This document shows positions 1 through 10,207 of a DNA stretch of 64,000 nucleotides, one piece after another (within the stretch, counting starts at the first letter, position 1; each line of letters begins with the position of its first letter). This stretch comes from a bacterium (lineage in GTDB: Bacteria; Myxococcota_A; Bradymonadia; UBA7976; UBA1532): NCBI GenBank assembly GCA_030426085.1, contig JAUHYW010000003.1, forward strand, positions 119,343 through 183,342, given 5' to 3'. Position numbers and translations under genes: made by a program. The notes below the pieces were generated by a model. That model worked only from the letters and a program-made list of their open reading frames with translations. It was not told where the DNA came from and ran no database searches.

Positions 1-632
1 GTGACCTCGCCCTCCGGCCCGTACAGCGCCCAGGTCGGGCCGCTGATCTGGTGGGCGTAGCGCAGGCAGGCGTGCGCGGTGAGGTCCTCGGGCGTCTGCG
101 GCACCCCGCGCCGCTCGAGGTAGGCCGGGCTGCCGACGATGCGGGCCCGGGTCCGGGCGAGGCGGCGCACGATGAGGCTGGAGTCGGCCAGCCGGCCGAT
201 GCGCACCACCATGTCGTAGCCCTCGGCGATGACGTCCACCCGGCGGTCGCTGTACGACGCCTCGACCCGCAGCTCGGGCCAGCGGGCCATGAACCCGGCC
301 ACCGCCGGGGCCACGTAGCGCAGGCCGAACGAGACCGGGGCGTTGATGCGCAGGGTGCCCCGGGGCTCGCTCTGCAGGTCGCGCACCGCCCGCTCGGCCT
401 CGTCCAGGTCGGCGAGGATGCGGGTCGCCCGGGTGTGGAGCTCGACCCCGGCGTCGGTGGGGCGCACGGTGCGGGTGGTGCGGTCGAGCAGCCGGGCGCC
501 GAGGCGGTCTTCGAGCGCCTGGATGCGGCGGCTGACGTGCGACTTGGAGACCCCCAGGCGGCGGGCGGCGGCGGTGAAGCCGCCCTCCTGCACGATCGCC
601 ACGAACATCTCCACGTCCGAGAAGCGGTCCAT
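1..632 (-). CDS. LysR-family transcriptional regulator, partial (N-terminal HTH plus substrate-binding domain; C-terminus lies beyond the window edge)
   Basis: Reverse-strand translation from ATG (complement of 630-632) reads MDRFSDVEMFVAIVQEGGFTAAARRLGVSKSHVSRRIQALEDRLGARLLDRTTRTV..., the typical LysR wHTH. GGGGAG RBS upstream. Divergent from the CN-hydrolase gene, the classic LysR arrangement. Not in the ORF track because it runs off the window. Confidence 0.8.
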   Translation of the reverse strand, partial: MDRFSDVEMFVAIVQEGGFTAAARRLGVSKSHVSRRIQALEDRLGARLLDRTTRTVRPTDAGVELHTRATRILADLDEAERAVRDLQSEPRGTLRINAPVSFGLRYVAPAVAGFMARWPELRVEASYSDRRVDVIAEGYDMVVRIGRLADSSLIVRRLARTRARIVGSPAYLERRGVPQTPEDLTAHACLRYAHQISGPTWALYGPEGEV

Positions 633-930
633 CGAGGCTCCCCTGCCGGTGCTGCCGACGCTGCCGGTGCGCGGGGGCAATTTAGCAGGATCCGGGGACA
701 ATGCCTCTGCTGCGCCGAACGAGTCACCGACATCGGCGGCGTTGCTCGCCCTCGACGTGCCACCAGCACGCCTGCGGGCTCGCGCCTTGCCGCTGCCGGC
801 GTCTCGCCCGGCTCGCGACGAGGCTTTTCCCCGGCTCCTGCTACCACGCCCGCCAGCGCCCGGCGGCCCGCTTGCGGGCGGGGCGGCGGCTCTCCACAAT
901 GGCGCCGACTCCATCAGCAGAGGTGCGCCG

Positions 931-1755
931 ATGTTCCTCGCCGCCTGCGTCCAGCTCCGCTGCACCACCGACGTGCAGCGCAACCTCGACACCGCCGAGC
1001 ACCAGATCCGGCGCGCGGCCCGGCTGGGCGCGGCCTTCGTCGCCACGCCGGAGAACACGGGCTTCCTCGGCCCCCAGTTCCACAAGGTCGAGCTCGCCGA
1101 GGGCATCGACGGGCCCATCGCCCGCCGCTTCGCCGCCCTGGCCGACGAGCTGGGCATCCACCTGCTGATCGGCAGCCTCGCCGAGCGGCGCATCCTGCCC
1201 GGCGGCGAGATCGACAAGGCCCGGTGCCACAACACCAGCCTGCTCTTCGGCCCCGACGGGGGGCGCATCGCGGCCTATCGCAAGATGCACCTCTTCGACG
1301 TCGACGTGCCGGGCGGGCTGACCATCCGCGAGTCGGACACCATCGCCCCCGGCGACGAGGTGGTCGTCGCCGAGACCGCCCTGGGCCGCATCGGCATGAG
1401 CATCTGCTACGATCTGCGCTTCCCCGAGCTGTACCGGGCGATGGTCGAGCAGGGGGCCGACATCCTGTGCGTGCCCTCGGCCTTCACCCTGACCACCGGC
1501 AAGGATCACTGGCACACCCTGCTGCGGGCCCGGGCCATCGAGACCGAGTGCCACGTGCTCGCGCCGGCTCAGTGGGGCACCCACGACGCCGGCGGTAAGC
1601 GGCGCAGCTACGGGCACAGCCTCATCGTCGACCCCTGGGGGGTGGTGCTCGCCGACCGGGGTCACGGGGAGGGGCTGTGCCTCGCCGAGATCGATCCCGA
1701 GCGCACCGCCGCGGTCCGCCGCTCGATCCCGGTGCGCGACCACCGGCGGCTGTGA
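931..1755 (+). CDS. carbon-nitrogen hydrolase family protein (Nit/omega-amidase-like)
   Basis: E-K-C catalytic signature (FVATPENTG ... RKMHLFD ... GMSICYDLRFPE). Start taken at the internal ATG of track ORF 343..1755, where the homologous region begins (MFLAACVQL...). Confidence 0.85.
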   Translation: MFLAACVQLRCTTDVQRNLDTAEHQIRRAARLGAAFVATPENTGFLGPQFHKVELAEGIDGPIARRFAALADELGIHLLIGSLAERRILPGGEIDKARCHNTSLLFGPDGGRIAAYRKMHLFDVDVPGGLTIRESDTIAPGDEVVVAETALGRIGMSICYDLRFPELYRAMVEQGADILCVPSAFTLTTGKDHWHTLLRARAIETECHVLAPAQWGTHDAGGKRRSYGHSLIVDPWGVVLADRGHGEGLCLAEIDPERTAAVRRSIPVRDHRRL

Positions 1756-1775
1756 GCCGTCCACTCGGGCGAGGA

Positions 1776-1816
1776 TGATGCGCCCGAGGCCGATCCCGGT
1801 TAGGATCGGCGCATCA
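1776..1816 (+). terminator. stem-loop after the CN-hydrolase gene (imperfect inverted repeat tgatgcgc...gcgcatca with inner ccgatcc/ggatcgg stem)
   Basis: Inverted repeat read directly from the sequence 20 nt after the stop codon. No U-tract, so possibly a processing or regulatory hairpin rather than an intrinsic terminator. Confidence 0.4.
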
Positions 1817-1908
1817 GACGACTCGACCGGCGGGATCGAACGGCGCGGGCCGCCGCCGGCTTCGAGCATCACCTGAGAGAGCGCCCGGCCGGCGCTCGGA
1901 GGACCGCG

Positions 1909-4572
1909 GTGACGTCCCCCCAAGACCCCGACGCCGAGGCCGATCCGCTCATCGGGCGGGCCCTCGGCGGGCGCTACATCATCGAGTCCCCCCTGGCCAG
2001 GGGCACGTTCGGCGCGGTCTATCGAGCCCGCATCGCCGACCGTCAGGTCGCCGTCAAGGTCCTGCACCCCCAGCTCACCGACGCCGAGAGCGCCGAGGCC
2101 AGCCGGGCCCGCTTCATGCGCGAAGCCCGGGTCATGGCCCAGATGGACACCCCCTACGCGGTGCGGCTGCTCGACTGCGGCGAAGAGCCCGACGGCATCG
2201 TGTTCATCGTGCAGGAGCTCATCCACGGGCGCTCGCTGCAGCAGTTCCTCGACGGCGAGGGCGCGGTGACCATCGCCCGGGCCATCGAGCTGTGCACCCA
2301 GATCCTGCAAGCGCTGCAGGACGCCCACGGCCGGGGCATCGTGCACCGGGACATCAACCCGTCGAACATCATGCTGGTGCTCGGCCCCGACGGCCGGGAG
2401 ACGGTGCGGGTGCTCGACTTCGGCATCGCCCGCATCCTCGAAGAAGACGCCCAGGGCAAGCGCATCACCCGCATGGGGCTGACCCTGGGCACGCCGACCT
2501 ACATGGCGCCGGAGCAGATCGACCAGAAGCAGATCGGGCCGGCGACCGACATCTACGCGGTCGGGGTGCTGCTGTTCCGGCTCATCCAGGGGCGGCTGCC
2601 GTTCACCGGCAAGAGCGCCATCGCCATCATGCAGCAGCACCGCGACGCCGCGCCGCCCGACGCCGACGCCGCGCCGGAGGGTTTGCAGGCGGTCATCCAC
2701 AAGGCGCTGGCCAAGTCCCCCGGCGATCGCTACGCCCACGCGGGCGCCATGCGGGCGGCCATCGCCCCGTTCGGGGGCGCCACCAGCGCGCCCATCGTGC
2801 GCCGGGCGGGGGGCGACGACACCCCGGTCTTCGCCACCGCCATCATCAGCAGCGGCGCCCCGGGCGAGGACGAGGCCCCGGCCCCGATCGTCGACCGCGA
2901 GCAGCGCACCAACTGGCTGCTCTTCGGCGCCATCGGGGTGCTGCTCGCCGGCTGCCTGGGCGCGCTGTACGCGATGTTCCTGCGCAGCGAGCCGGCGCCG
3001 GCGCCGACCCCCGGGGTCGAAGCCGGCGTCCAGGTCGAGGGCGACCCGAGCCCGGCTCCGCCCGCCGCGCCGGCCCGGCCCGCGGGCCCGATCGAGCTGA
3101 GCATCGGCTGGACCACCGAGCGGGGCATCCTGCGGGCCTACCCCGAGGGGGAGAGCGCCTCGGCCCTGGCCATCGACCTGACCATCGAGCGGCTGCTGCG
3201 GATCAAACCCGACGGCGAGCCGGCCCCCGGCGCCGTCGCCCGGTGGACCGCCGCCGCCGACGGCCGCTCGGTGGACCTCACGCTGGCCGAGGGGGTGCAG
3301 TTCAACCCCCACCCGTGCCTCGACGGCGCCGGGCGCCCGGCCACCGCGGCCGATCTGGCGTGGTCGGTGACCTACGCCGGCGAGTTCACCCCGGCCCTGG
3401 CCCACACCCCGATCGAGCGGGCCGAGGTGCGCCCCGACGGCGCCGTGCGGGTGATCTTCGAGCGGCCGACCCCCCACGGCGCCCGGCTGCTGAGCGGGGT
3501 CCGGCTGCTGCCGGCCGGCGTCGACGCGTGCGACGACCCCCGCCGCTTCGCCCGCCCGGTGGGCTCCGGCCCCTTCCGCTTCGACGCCGCGCCCCACGAC
3601 GGCCGCTATCGGCTGGTGCGGGCCGAGGCCGGGCGCTGGGCGAAGACCCCCGGGCCGCCGATGATCTACGTCGACCGGGTCGAGGGTGCCGGCGCCGCGC
3701 TGGAGGCGGTCGACGCCGGCCGGCTCGATCTGGCCCGGGTGCCGCTCGACGCCCGGGTCTTCGCCGACCCCCGGGCCGAGGCGCTTCGGCTCGCCGCGAA
3801 GGTCGACGTCACGCCGGCCGCCGAGGTGGACCCCGGCGCGGTGGTGAACTACGGGCTGCTCTTCCTCGGCGACGGCCCCCAGAGCGACCTCGCGGTGCGC
3901 CGGGCCATCGCCGCCGCGCTCGACCGGGCGGCGCTCACCCGCCGGATGCCGATCCGGGTCGAGCCCACCGACCGCATCCTCGAGCCGGGGCTGGCCGGCT
4001 TCGCCGCGCGGCCGGCCACCGCCCACGACCCCCGCGCCGCCCGAAAAGCGATCACCGAGGCCGGCGTCGACCAGCCGCTGCTGCTGGGCACGACCAAGGC
4101 CCACGCCGACGTGGCCGAGGCCGTCGCCGATCAGCTCCGGGCGGTGGGCTTGAAGGTGGTGCTGAGCATCATCGGCCGGGGCCAGCTCGACGACGCGCTG
4201 GCCGATCGCACGCTGGACGCCCTGTTCGTGGAGGTCTCCGGGGCCCGGTTCGCCGCCGATCCGCTGCCCTATCTGCGCGAGGTGGTGCGGCTGGCCCGCC
4301 GGGGCCCGGGTATGGACCCGGCCGACGTCGGGGCGCTGCTCGAGCAGGCCGCCGGCGCGCTCGACGCCAAAGCCCGGGCGGCGCTGTACGCCCGCATCGA
4401 GCAGGCGCTGTCGAGCCACCTGCCCTACGTGCCGGTGGGCCATGTCCCGCCGAGCGCGCCCCGGGCGGCGCTGCTGCTCGGCCCCGACGCGGCCGGGCTG
4501 GCCGGCGCCGACGGTCGGGCGCCGCTCGATGCCATCCGGGCGCTGGCGACCTACGTGCCCTCGGGCGGCTGA
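1909..4572 (+). CDS. Ser/Thr protein kinase fused via one TM helix to an extracytoplasmic solute-binding-protein family 5 (SBP_bac_5-like) domain
   Basis: Hanks kinase motifs ([38 protein letters not shown]). TM segment [24 protein letters not shown]-terminal ~500 aa resemble the peptide/nickel-type SBP5 fold. GTG start with GGAGG RBS 7 nt upstream. Confidence 0.8.
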   Translation: MTSPQDPDAEADPLIGRALGGRYIIESPLARGTFGAVYRARIADRQVAVKVLHPQLTDAESAEASRARFMREARVMAQMDTPYAVRLLDCGEEPDGIVFIVQELIHGRSLQQFLDGEGAVTIARAIELCTQILQALQDAHGRGIVHRDINPSNIMLVLGPDGRETVRVLDFGIARILEEDAQGKRITRMGLTLGTPTYMAPEQIDQKQIGPATDIYAVGVLLFRLIQGRLPFTGKSAIAIMQQHRDAAPPDADAAPEGLQAVIHKALAKSPGDRYAHAGAMRAAIAPFGGATSAPIVRRAGGDDTPVFATAIISSGAPGEDEAPAPIVDREQRTNWLLFGAIGVLLAGCLGALYAMFLRSEPAPAPTPGVEAGVQVEGDPSPAPPAAPARPAGPIELSIGWTTERGILRAYPEGESASALAIDLTIERLLRIKPDGEPAPGAVARWTAAADGRSVDLTLAEGVQFNPHPCLDGAGRPATAADLAWSVTYAGEFTPALAHTPIERAEVRPDGAVRVIFERPTPHGARLLSGVRLLPAGVDACDDPRRFARPVGSGPFRFDAAPHDGRYRLVRAEAGRWAKTPGPPMIYVDRVEGAGAALEAVDAGRLDLARVPLDARVFADPRAEALRLAAKVDVTPAAEVDPGAVVNYGLLFLGDGPQSDLAVRRAIAAALDRAALTRRMPIRVEPTDRILEPGLAGFAARPATAHDPRAARKAITEAGVDQPLLLGTTKAHADVAEAVADQLRAVGLKVVLSIIGRGQLDDALADRTLDALFVEVSGARFAADPLPYLREVVRLARRGPGMDPADVGALLEQAAGALDAKARAALYARIEQALSSHLPYVPVGHVPPSAPRAALLLGPDAAGLAGADGRAPLDAIRALATYVPSGG

Positions 4573-4578
4573 CCCCGC

Positions 4579-5919
4579 TCAGCGCCCGGCCGGCCCCGGC
4601 GCCCCCTGAGCCAGCCACGTCGCGATCATGCGCACCTTCTCCGGCGGCAGCGGCGGCAGGCCCAGGGGCATGCCCGGCCGCTGGGGGTCGGGCCCGGCGG
4701 CGTCGGCCCGGCGCCCGCTGTACGGCGGCCGCACGTCGCGCCCGGCCTCGGCGTGGCGCCGCAGCAGCGCCGCGAGCAGCAGCGGCGGCTCACCTGGCCG
4801 GGGCGGCTCGACGATCGACACCCGCCTGCCGTCGCGCACCAGCCCCCGCTTCACCCCGGCGTAGGTCTCGAGGTCGAGCTGCAGCCCGGCGAAGCCCAGC
4901 CCGCCGGTGTTGCCCGCGCCCCCGTCGCCGTCATTGCTCTCCGGGTTCATGTGGCAGTGCACGCAGATCAGACCCAGGACCTCTTCGAAGACCTCGTCCC
5001 AGGTGACCTGACGGCTCAGCGGCTTCGCCTCGTCGATGGCCACCTGCGGCGCCGGGCCGTCCTTCACCGGCGCGTGCAGCAGGAAGTCGGCGATCTGCCC
5101 CGCCCGCTCGGGGCTCACCCCCAGCGGCGGCATCGTGGAGCGGGGGTCGACCGCGGTCGGCTGCACGATGAACCGCACCAGCGTCGCCCGCGGGATGCGG
5201 TCACGCACGAAGCGCAGGTCGGGCGCGAGCAGCGCCCGGTCGCCCATCGCCGCGAAGAACGCCGGCCCGTAGCCGGGCACCAGCGGCTCGGCCCCCATGA
5301 CGTGGCACGTCGGGCAGCCGGCGGTGAGGAACGCCTGCCGCCCGGCCTCGATCCGCTCCGGGCCGACCGCCGCCTCCCCCGCCCGGCCCCGCTTCACCGC
5401 TGCGTCGCCGTTGAGGGCGGTCAGGTAGGCCACGACCGCGTCCTTGTCGTCGGCCGACAGCCGCAGCGGGATCATCGACTCGTCGAGGTGCGGCCGCAGG
5501 TCGAACGGGGCGTCGAGGAAGCGCCGCACGAAGGCCGGATCGACCCGCCGGGTGAGCGTGCCCAGGTCGGGCAGCCGGCGGAAGTGCACGATGTTGTCGA
5601 GGTATCGATCCCAGTCGGGGAAGGTCTGCCGCTGGCGGGCGATGGCCGCCGGGTCGCCCTTGGTGCCCAGGATCCACTGGTGGCAGGTGACGCAGTTCAT
5701 CGCCCGCTCGATGGGGGCGATGCCCCGCCCCACGCCGGCGGTCGCCGCGGCGTCGGTGACCCCGTGGCACCGGGTGCACTCGGCGGCCTGCATGATCTGC
5801 CGGCCCTTCTCGGCGAGCGGGTCCAGATCGGGGCTGGCGAAGGCGGGGGTGGCGCAGAGCGCGAAGAGCAGGGCGGGGAGCGCGCCCGACCGCGGGCGGG
5901 TGGGCGCGGCGCGATTCAC
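4579..5919 (-). CDS. tetraheme c-type cytochrome, secreted
   Basis: Signal peptide plus four CxxCH motifs (CTRCH, CVTCH, CPTCH, CVHCH). Overlaps the upstream TPR gene by 4 nt. Confidence 0.85.
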   Translation of the reverse strand: MNRAAPTRPRSGALPALLFALCATPAFASPDLDPLAEKGRQIMQAAECTRCHGVTDAAATAGVGRGIAPIERAMNCVTCHQWILGTKGDPAAIARQRQTFPDWDRYLDNIVHFRRLPDLGTLTRRVDPAFVRRFLDAPFDLRPHLDESMIPLRLSADDKDAVVAYLTALNGDAAVKRGRAGEAAVGPERIEAGRQAFLTAGCPTCHVMGAEPLVPGYGPAFFAAMGDRALLAPDLRFVRDRIPRATLVRFIVQPTAVDPRSTMPPLGVSPERAGQIADFLLHAPVKDGPAPQVAIDEAKPLSRQVTWDEVFEEVLGLICVHCHMNPESNDGDGGAGNTGGLGFAGLQLDLETYAGVKRGLVRDGRRVSIVEPPRPGEPPLLLAALLRRHAEAGRDVRPPYSGRRADAAGPDPQRPGMPLGLPPLPPEKVRMIATWLAQGAPGPAGR

Positions 5920-6500
5920 AGGACCGCCACCCCGGCCACCGCGGCGAGGGCCTGCTCGGCGGCCACGACCCGGGCCGGATCGGCGCCGAGGCCCTTGGCG
6001 GTGGTCAGGTAGCGCTCGGCGGCCGCCCGCTGGCCCAGCTTCGCGTGGGCGATGGCCAGCTCGGGGTAGACCGCCGCCGAGAACCGGTCGAGGTCCCGGG
6101 CGGCCTCGAGGTGGGGGATGGCCTTCTGCACGTCGCGCTGCATCAGCATCTGCCCCAGGGCGAAGCGCACGCCGAAGTGCCCGTCGTCGAGGGCCGCGCC
6201 CCGGGTCAGGCGGGCGATGGCCCGCTCGGTGCGGCCGAGCTTGTCGTGCAGGGTGGCGGCCCGCAGAGCGGCGGTGGCCCGCAGGTTGGCCGGGCCGCCA
6301 GCGTTCATGGCCCGCTCGAAGTGGCGGATGGCGCCGCGCAGGTTGCCCTTCTCCTCGGCCTGCTCCCCCTTGCGGAAGTGGGTGTCGGCCACCATCTCGA
6401 TGTCGGGCAGACGGACCTTGCGCATCGCGCAGGCGTCGGCGGCGAGGGGGGTCAGGAGGCCGGCGAAGGCGACGGTGAGAGCGAGGGCGGCGAGCTTCAT
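5916..6500 (-). CDS. TPR-repeat protein with signal peptide
   Basis: Signal peptide MKLAALALTVAFAGLLTPLAADA. TPR-like helices (AIRHFERAMNA..., LGQMLMQRDVQKAIPHLEAA...). 4-nt overlap with the cytochrome gene implies an operon. Confidence 0.75.
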   Translation of the reverse strand: MKLAALALTVAFAGLLTPLAADACAMRKVRLPDIEMVADTHFRKGEQAEEKGNLRGAIRHFERAMNAGGPANLRATAALRAATLHDKLGRTERAIARLTRGAALDDGHFGVRFALGQMLMQRDVQKAIPHLEAARDLDRFSAAVYPELAIAHAKLGQRAAAERYLTTAKGLGADPARVVAAEQALAAVAGVAVL

Positions 6501-6642
6501 GGGGCGTCTCCGGTCGAGGGTTGCGTGGGCTCCGAACGGGTCACCCCGGCCAAAGTTCTGATCGCGGACGATTTTTCTGAATAAAGTTCACAACCGGCCG
6601 GAATCCCTGCCTTTTCCCCGCCCCGAGCGCGCCGCCCGCGGG

Positions 6643-8157
6643 TCAGATCGTCTGATCCTCGCCCCGATCGCCGAGGTAGCGCTCGACGGCCAGCCTGATC
6701 TGGCTGATGCCGTAGCCCTGGCGCACCATCACCCAGTCGACCTCCGAGTCGTTGCACGCGGGCAGCAGGATGTCGGTGACCTTGTGGTTGATGAAGCGGC
6801 CGAGCAGGAGCACGAACTCCACCGCGCCGCTGCGGATGCGCTCGGCGAGGCGCTGCACCGTCCGGATCTCGTAGCCGTTGACCCACTCCAGCTCGGCGAA
6901 GCCCAGCGCCTGCTCGATGGCCGCCCGCCGCTTCTCGCGGGGCTCGCCGCCGACCATCGCCGCCTGCTTGCCTCGGGTGCGGTCGAAGCAGGCCCAGTCC
7001 TCGGGGATCGGGCCGGCCGCCTCGTCGCTGCCGCCCGGATCGTCGTCGTCCTCCGGGACCCGCATCCGGATGGCCCGGCGGACCCGCTTGAGGTTCTTGT
7101 CGCCCCCGATCAACTCCAGGTGCGGCTCGAGCAGCCGGACCAGGCGTGGATCCTCGGGCGCCACCCCCGAGCGCAGCGCGCGGTTGGCCGCCTTCTTGAC
7201 CGCCCGGGCGTCGGGCGCGGACTGGTCGAGCACGCCCCGCAGGTCGTTGAGCGAGACCTCGGGGTTGAGGCTCGCCTTCTGCTGCTCGATGGCCAGGCTG
7301 CCCAGCTCCCGCTGGAGGGTGTTCCACCAGTACTGCGAGTCGCTGAACCAGGAGTCGCTCTCCGGCTTGTGCTGGCGGCTGAGGCCGGTGACCCACCCCG
7401 GCTGGTACTCGCTGCTGAACTGCGTCAGCCGGGCGAAGCCCCGCCGGAGCTGCAGCTCGAGCACGACCCGCACCGCCGAGGGGGTGTCGTCCTGCAGCCG
7501 GCGCATGCGGCAGGCGACCAGCCCCAGCAGCGCCCGCTGGATGGCCCGGGGGAACTGGCCCCAGCGGCCGATGCGGGTCAGCTCGGTGTCGAGCACCGCC
7601 GCCTCGGCCAGCAGCTCGTCGTGGCTCAGGTTGTCCCGCGGGGGCCCGAGCCGGAGGATGATCTCGTGCAGCGTCTCGATGCTGAAGCCGGGGTCGAAGG
7701 TCTCGTGGGACCAGTTGGCGCTGCCGAGCACGAGGCTGTCGATGATCGACAGGTCGACCAGCCCGTCGTCGCTGTCCTCGATGGGGGCGCCGCCGACGAT
7801 CGAGTCGATCGTCCGGCCGATGTCGTCCTCGTCCTCGTCCTCGTGCAGGTCCTCGCCTTCGACGGGCGGCGCCGACGCCGGCGCGGCGGTCTCGTGGGAC
7901 CCGTCGCCCGGGCCCGGCTCGAGCCGGATCGTGCCGCCGACGAAGCGCCAGTCGAGGGCCAGCATCGCCCATCGGATCAGCTTCTCGTCCCGGGCCGCTC
8001 GCAGCTCGTCCAGCTTGCGCTCGTCGTCCATCGAGGGGGACTCCGCCAGCCGGCGGTGCAGCCGGGCCAGCCGCTGCTGCACGGCGAGCAGCTCGGCCCC
8101 GAGCGCGGCGAACGACTCGGGCAGATCGGCCCGGTCGGCGGTGGTCTTGCCGCTCAT
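6643..8157 (-). CDS. hypothetical protein (504 aa) with an acidic low-complexity stretch
   Basis: Real start is an internal ATG of track ORF 6643..8892 (MSGKTTADRADLPE...). Starts 5 nt after the enoyl-CoA hydratase stop. High GC3. No domain I can name. Confidence 0.6.
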   Translation of the reverse strand: MSGKTTADRADLPESFAALGAELLAVQQRLARLHRRLAESPSMDDERKLDELRAARDEKLIRWAMLALDWRFVGGTIRLEPGPGDGSHETAAPASAPPVEGEDLHEDEDEDDIGRTIDSIVGGAPIEDSDDGLVDLSIIDSLVLGSANWSHETFDPGFSIETLHEIILRLGPPRDNLSHDELLAEAAVLDTELTRIGRWGQFPRAIQRALLGLVACRMRRLQDDTPSAVRVVLELQLRRGFARLTQFSSEYQPGWVTGLSRQHKPESDSWFSDSQYWWNTLQRELGSLAIEQQKASLNPEVSLNDLRGVLDQSAPDARAVKKAANRALRSGVAPEDPRLVRLLEPHLELIGGDKNLKRVRRAIRMRVPEDDDDPGGSDEAAGPIPEDWACFDRTRGKQAAMVGGEPREKRRAAIEQALGFAELEWVNGYEIRTVQRLAERIRSGAVEFVLLLGRFINHKVTDILLPACNDSEVDWVMVRQGYGISQIRLAVERYLGDRGEDQTI

Positions 8158-8162
8158 GCCGC

Positions 8163-8969
8163 TCACCGCCCCGAGAATTCCGGCTTCTGCTTCGAGACGA
8201 AGGCGGTCACCGCCACGCCCAGATCCTGGGTGACGAGGTGGGCCGCGTTCCAGGTGGCGACGTACTCCAGGCCCCGGTCGATCTCGGCCCGCACCGCCTC
8301 GTTCATCACCCGCTTGGCGCCCTGCACCGCCAGCGGCGGGTTCTCGGCGATCTCGGCGGCGAGCGCGTCCGCGGCGGCGCGCAGCGCCTCCCGGTCGGGC
8401 AGCACCCGGTTGACCAGCCCGATCCGCTCGGCGTACGCCGCGTCGAAGTCCCGGCCGGTGAAGACCAGCTCCCGGGCGACGCCCGGCCCCACGACGCGGG
8501 GCAGGCGCTGCAAGGTGCCGATGTCGGCCACCATCGCCAGCTTCGTCTCCCGGACTCCGAACACCGCGTCGGCGCTGGCCAGCCGGATGTCGCAGGCGGT
8601 GATCAGGTCGACCCCGCCGCCGAGACAGTAGCCGTGCACCGCCGCGATCACCGGCACCCGGCACCGCTCGAGGCAGGTCACCGCCTGCTGCATGTCGCGG
8701 ATGGTCTGGTGCAGCCGGGCCTGGCGGGCGCCGTCCGGCGGGCCGCCCTGGGCGATGGGCAGCGTGGGCAGCATGTCCATCAGGTCGAGGCCGGCGGTGA
8801 AGGCCCGCCCGGCGCCGTCGACGACGAGGACCCGGACGTCCCGGTCGGCGTCGACCTGCGCCACCGCCTCGGTCATGCCGTCCCAGAACCACGGGCCGAG
8901 CGCGTTGAGCTTATCCGGGTGATTGAGCGTCAGCCGGGCGACCGGCCCCTCGCATTTCAAGTCGATCAC
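8163..8969 (-). CDS. enoyl-CoA hydratase/isomerase (crotonase) family protein
   Basis: Crotonase fold motifs (VVDGAGRAFTAGLDL, CLGGGVDLITACDIRLA, GVRETKLAMV). Start chosen at GTG (complement of 8967-8969) with GAGGGG RBS. The longer track ORF has a non-coding-looking N-terminus. Confidence 0.85.
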   Translation of the reverse strand: MIDLKCEGPVARLTLNHPDKLNALGPWFWDGMTEAVAQVDADRDVRVLVVDGAGRAFTAGLDLMDMLPTLPIAQGGPPDGARQARLHQTIRDMQQAVTCLERCRVPVIAAVHGYCLGGGVDLITACDIRLASADAVFGVRETKLAMVADIGTLQRLPRVVGPGVARELVFTGRDFDAAYAERIGLVNRVLPDREALRAAADALAAEIAENPPLAVQGAKRVMNEAVRAEIDRGLEYVATWNAAHLVTQDLGVAVTAFVSKQKPEFSGR

Positions 8970-9076
8970 GTGCTTCCCCTCGCGGCCGCCGCCGGTTTCC
9001 CCATGCCGGACATGGACAGTCACATTTCTAGCATTCGACGGGCGCGATCGGCACAAAAACCCGGGCCGGGGATCGC

Positions 9077-10207
9077 TCAGGCGCCCGACTGCTCCGACTC
9101 GACCGGCCGCCCGCCCGGCTGGAGGGCCCGATCGGCCAGCCGCCGCAGGCGGGCCGCCCGACCGACCTCGGGCAGGGTGATCACGCCCACCGGGGTGTTG
9201 AAGTCGTCGCGCACGATGACCGGCTTGCGCCGCCAGCGCATCTCGCGCACCAGCGGGCCGAGCGGATCCTCGACGTGGGCCCACAGCGGCTGCCCGTCGA
9301 CCAGATCACCGGCCTCGGCGTCCTCCCGGTCGAGGTCCTCGGGCAGCAGCACCCCGTAGGTCCCGGTGTGATCCCGCACGATGGCCGCCTGGGCGTCGTG
9401 GAAGAGCATGTGCCGGGCGACCGAGGTCACCGGCCGGGCGGGCCCCACGGTGACGACCCGGGTCACCATCGCCTGCCGCGCCGAGAGGTCGTCGAGCGCG
9501 GCCCGGACCTGCACCCGGGACAGCTCGGCCCCCGCCCCGGTGAAGAGGAACAGCGCGATCACCGCCAGGAAGATGTCGCCCCGCATCAGCCCGTAGATCA
9601 GGCCCAGCACCGCCAGCCCCCGCCCGAGGCCCGCCGCGAGCCGGGTCGCCGCCTCCTCGGAGAGCTTGAACTGCAGCGCCGCCTTGAGCATGCGCCCCCC
9701 GTCGAGCGGGAAGGCCGGCAGCAGGTTGAAGACCGCCAGGAAGACGTTGATGAGGCCGAAGAGCAGCAGGAAGGCGTGCAGGTCGACGCCCAGCGGCAGC
9801 CGGGCTGCGGCGAGGCAGATCGCGCCGAGCACCAGGTTGACCAGGGGGCCGGCGAAGGCCATCCACAGCGCCTGGCCGGGGGTCGCGTCGTCGTGATCGA
9901 TCTCGGTGACCCCGCCCAGCACCATCAGGGTGATCGCCCGCACCCGGGCCCCCTGACGCAGCGCCACCAGGGCGTGGGCGAGCTCGTGCAGCAGCACCCC
10001 GACGAAGACCGCCACCGCCAGCAGCACCCCCAGGGCCAGCGGAGGCAGGGTCATGGCGTGCATCGGGATGCCGAGGCGGCCGAGCAGCATCGGGGCCGCC
10101 TCGAAGGCCACCCCGACGCTGATCAGGGGCAGGATGAACAGCAGCGAGACGTGCAGCCGGAGGGGCACCCCCCGCAGGTGGGCGAAGGTCCAGGCGGTGC
10201 GGAACAC
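9077..10207 (-). CDS. site-2 protease family (M50) zinc metalloprotease with C-terminal CBS-like domain
   Basis: HELAHA (HExxH) within a TM helix, LPAFPLDGG (LDG motif), polytopic N-terminus, CBS-like C-terminus. Confidence 0.85.
   Translation of the reverse strand: MFRTAWTFAHLRGVPLRLHVSLLFILPLISVGVAFEAAPMLLGRLGIPMHAMTLPPLALGVLLAVAVFVGVLLHELAHALVALRQGARVRAITLMVLGGVTEIDHDDATPGQALWMAFAGPLVNLVLGAICLAAARLPLGVDLHAFLLLFGLINVFLAVFNLLPAFPLDGGRMLKAALQFKLSEEAATRLAAGLGRGLAVLGLIYGLMRGDIFLAVIALFLFTGAGAELSRVQVRAALDDLSARQAMVTRVVTVGPARPVTSVARHMLFHDAQAAIVRDHTGTYGVLLPEDLDREDAEAGDLVDGQPLWAHVEDPLGPLVREMRWRRKPVIVRDDFNTPVGVITLPEVGRAARLRRLADRALQPGGRPVESEQSGA

Noticed and set aside
841-4443. 1200-aa ORF on the minus strand
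   Set aside because: Antisense to the CN-hydrolase and kinase genes, low-complexity Gly/Arg/Ala-rich translation and no domain signature: typical high-GC antisense ORF.
2292-5006. 904-aa plus-strand ORF rich in Arg/Pro/Gly
   Set aside because: Out-of-frame overlap of the kinase/SBP5 gene and antisense to the cytochrome gene. Composition is that of GC-rich frame noise.
6784-8631. Long ORFs 6497..7972(-), 6784..8631(+), 6878..8233(+)
   Set aside because: All overlap the 6643-8157 gene out of frame or antisense. Translations are Arg/Gly/Pro low-complexity.
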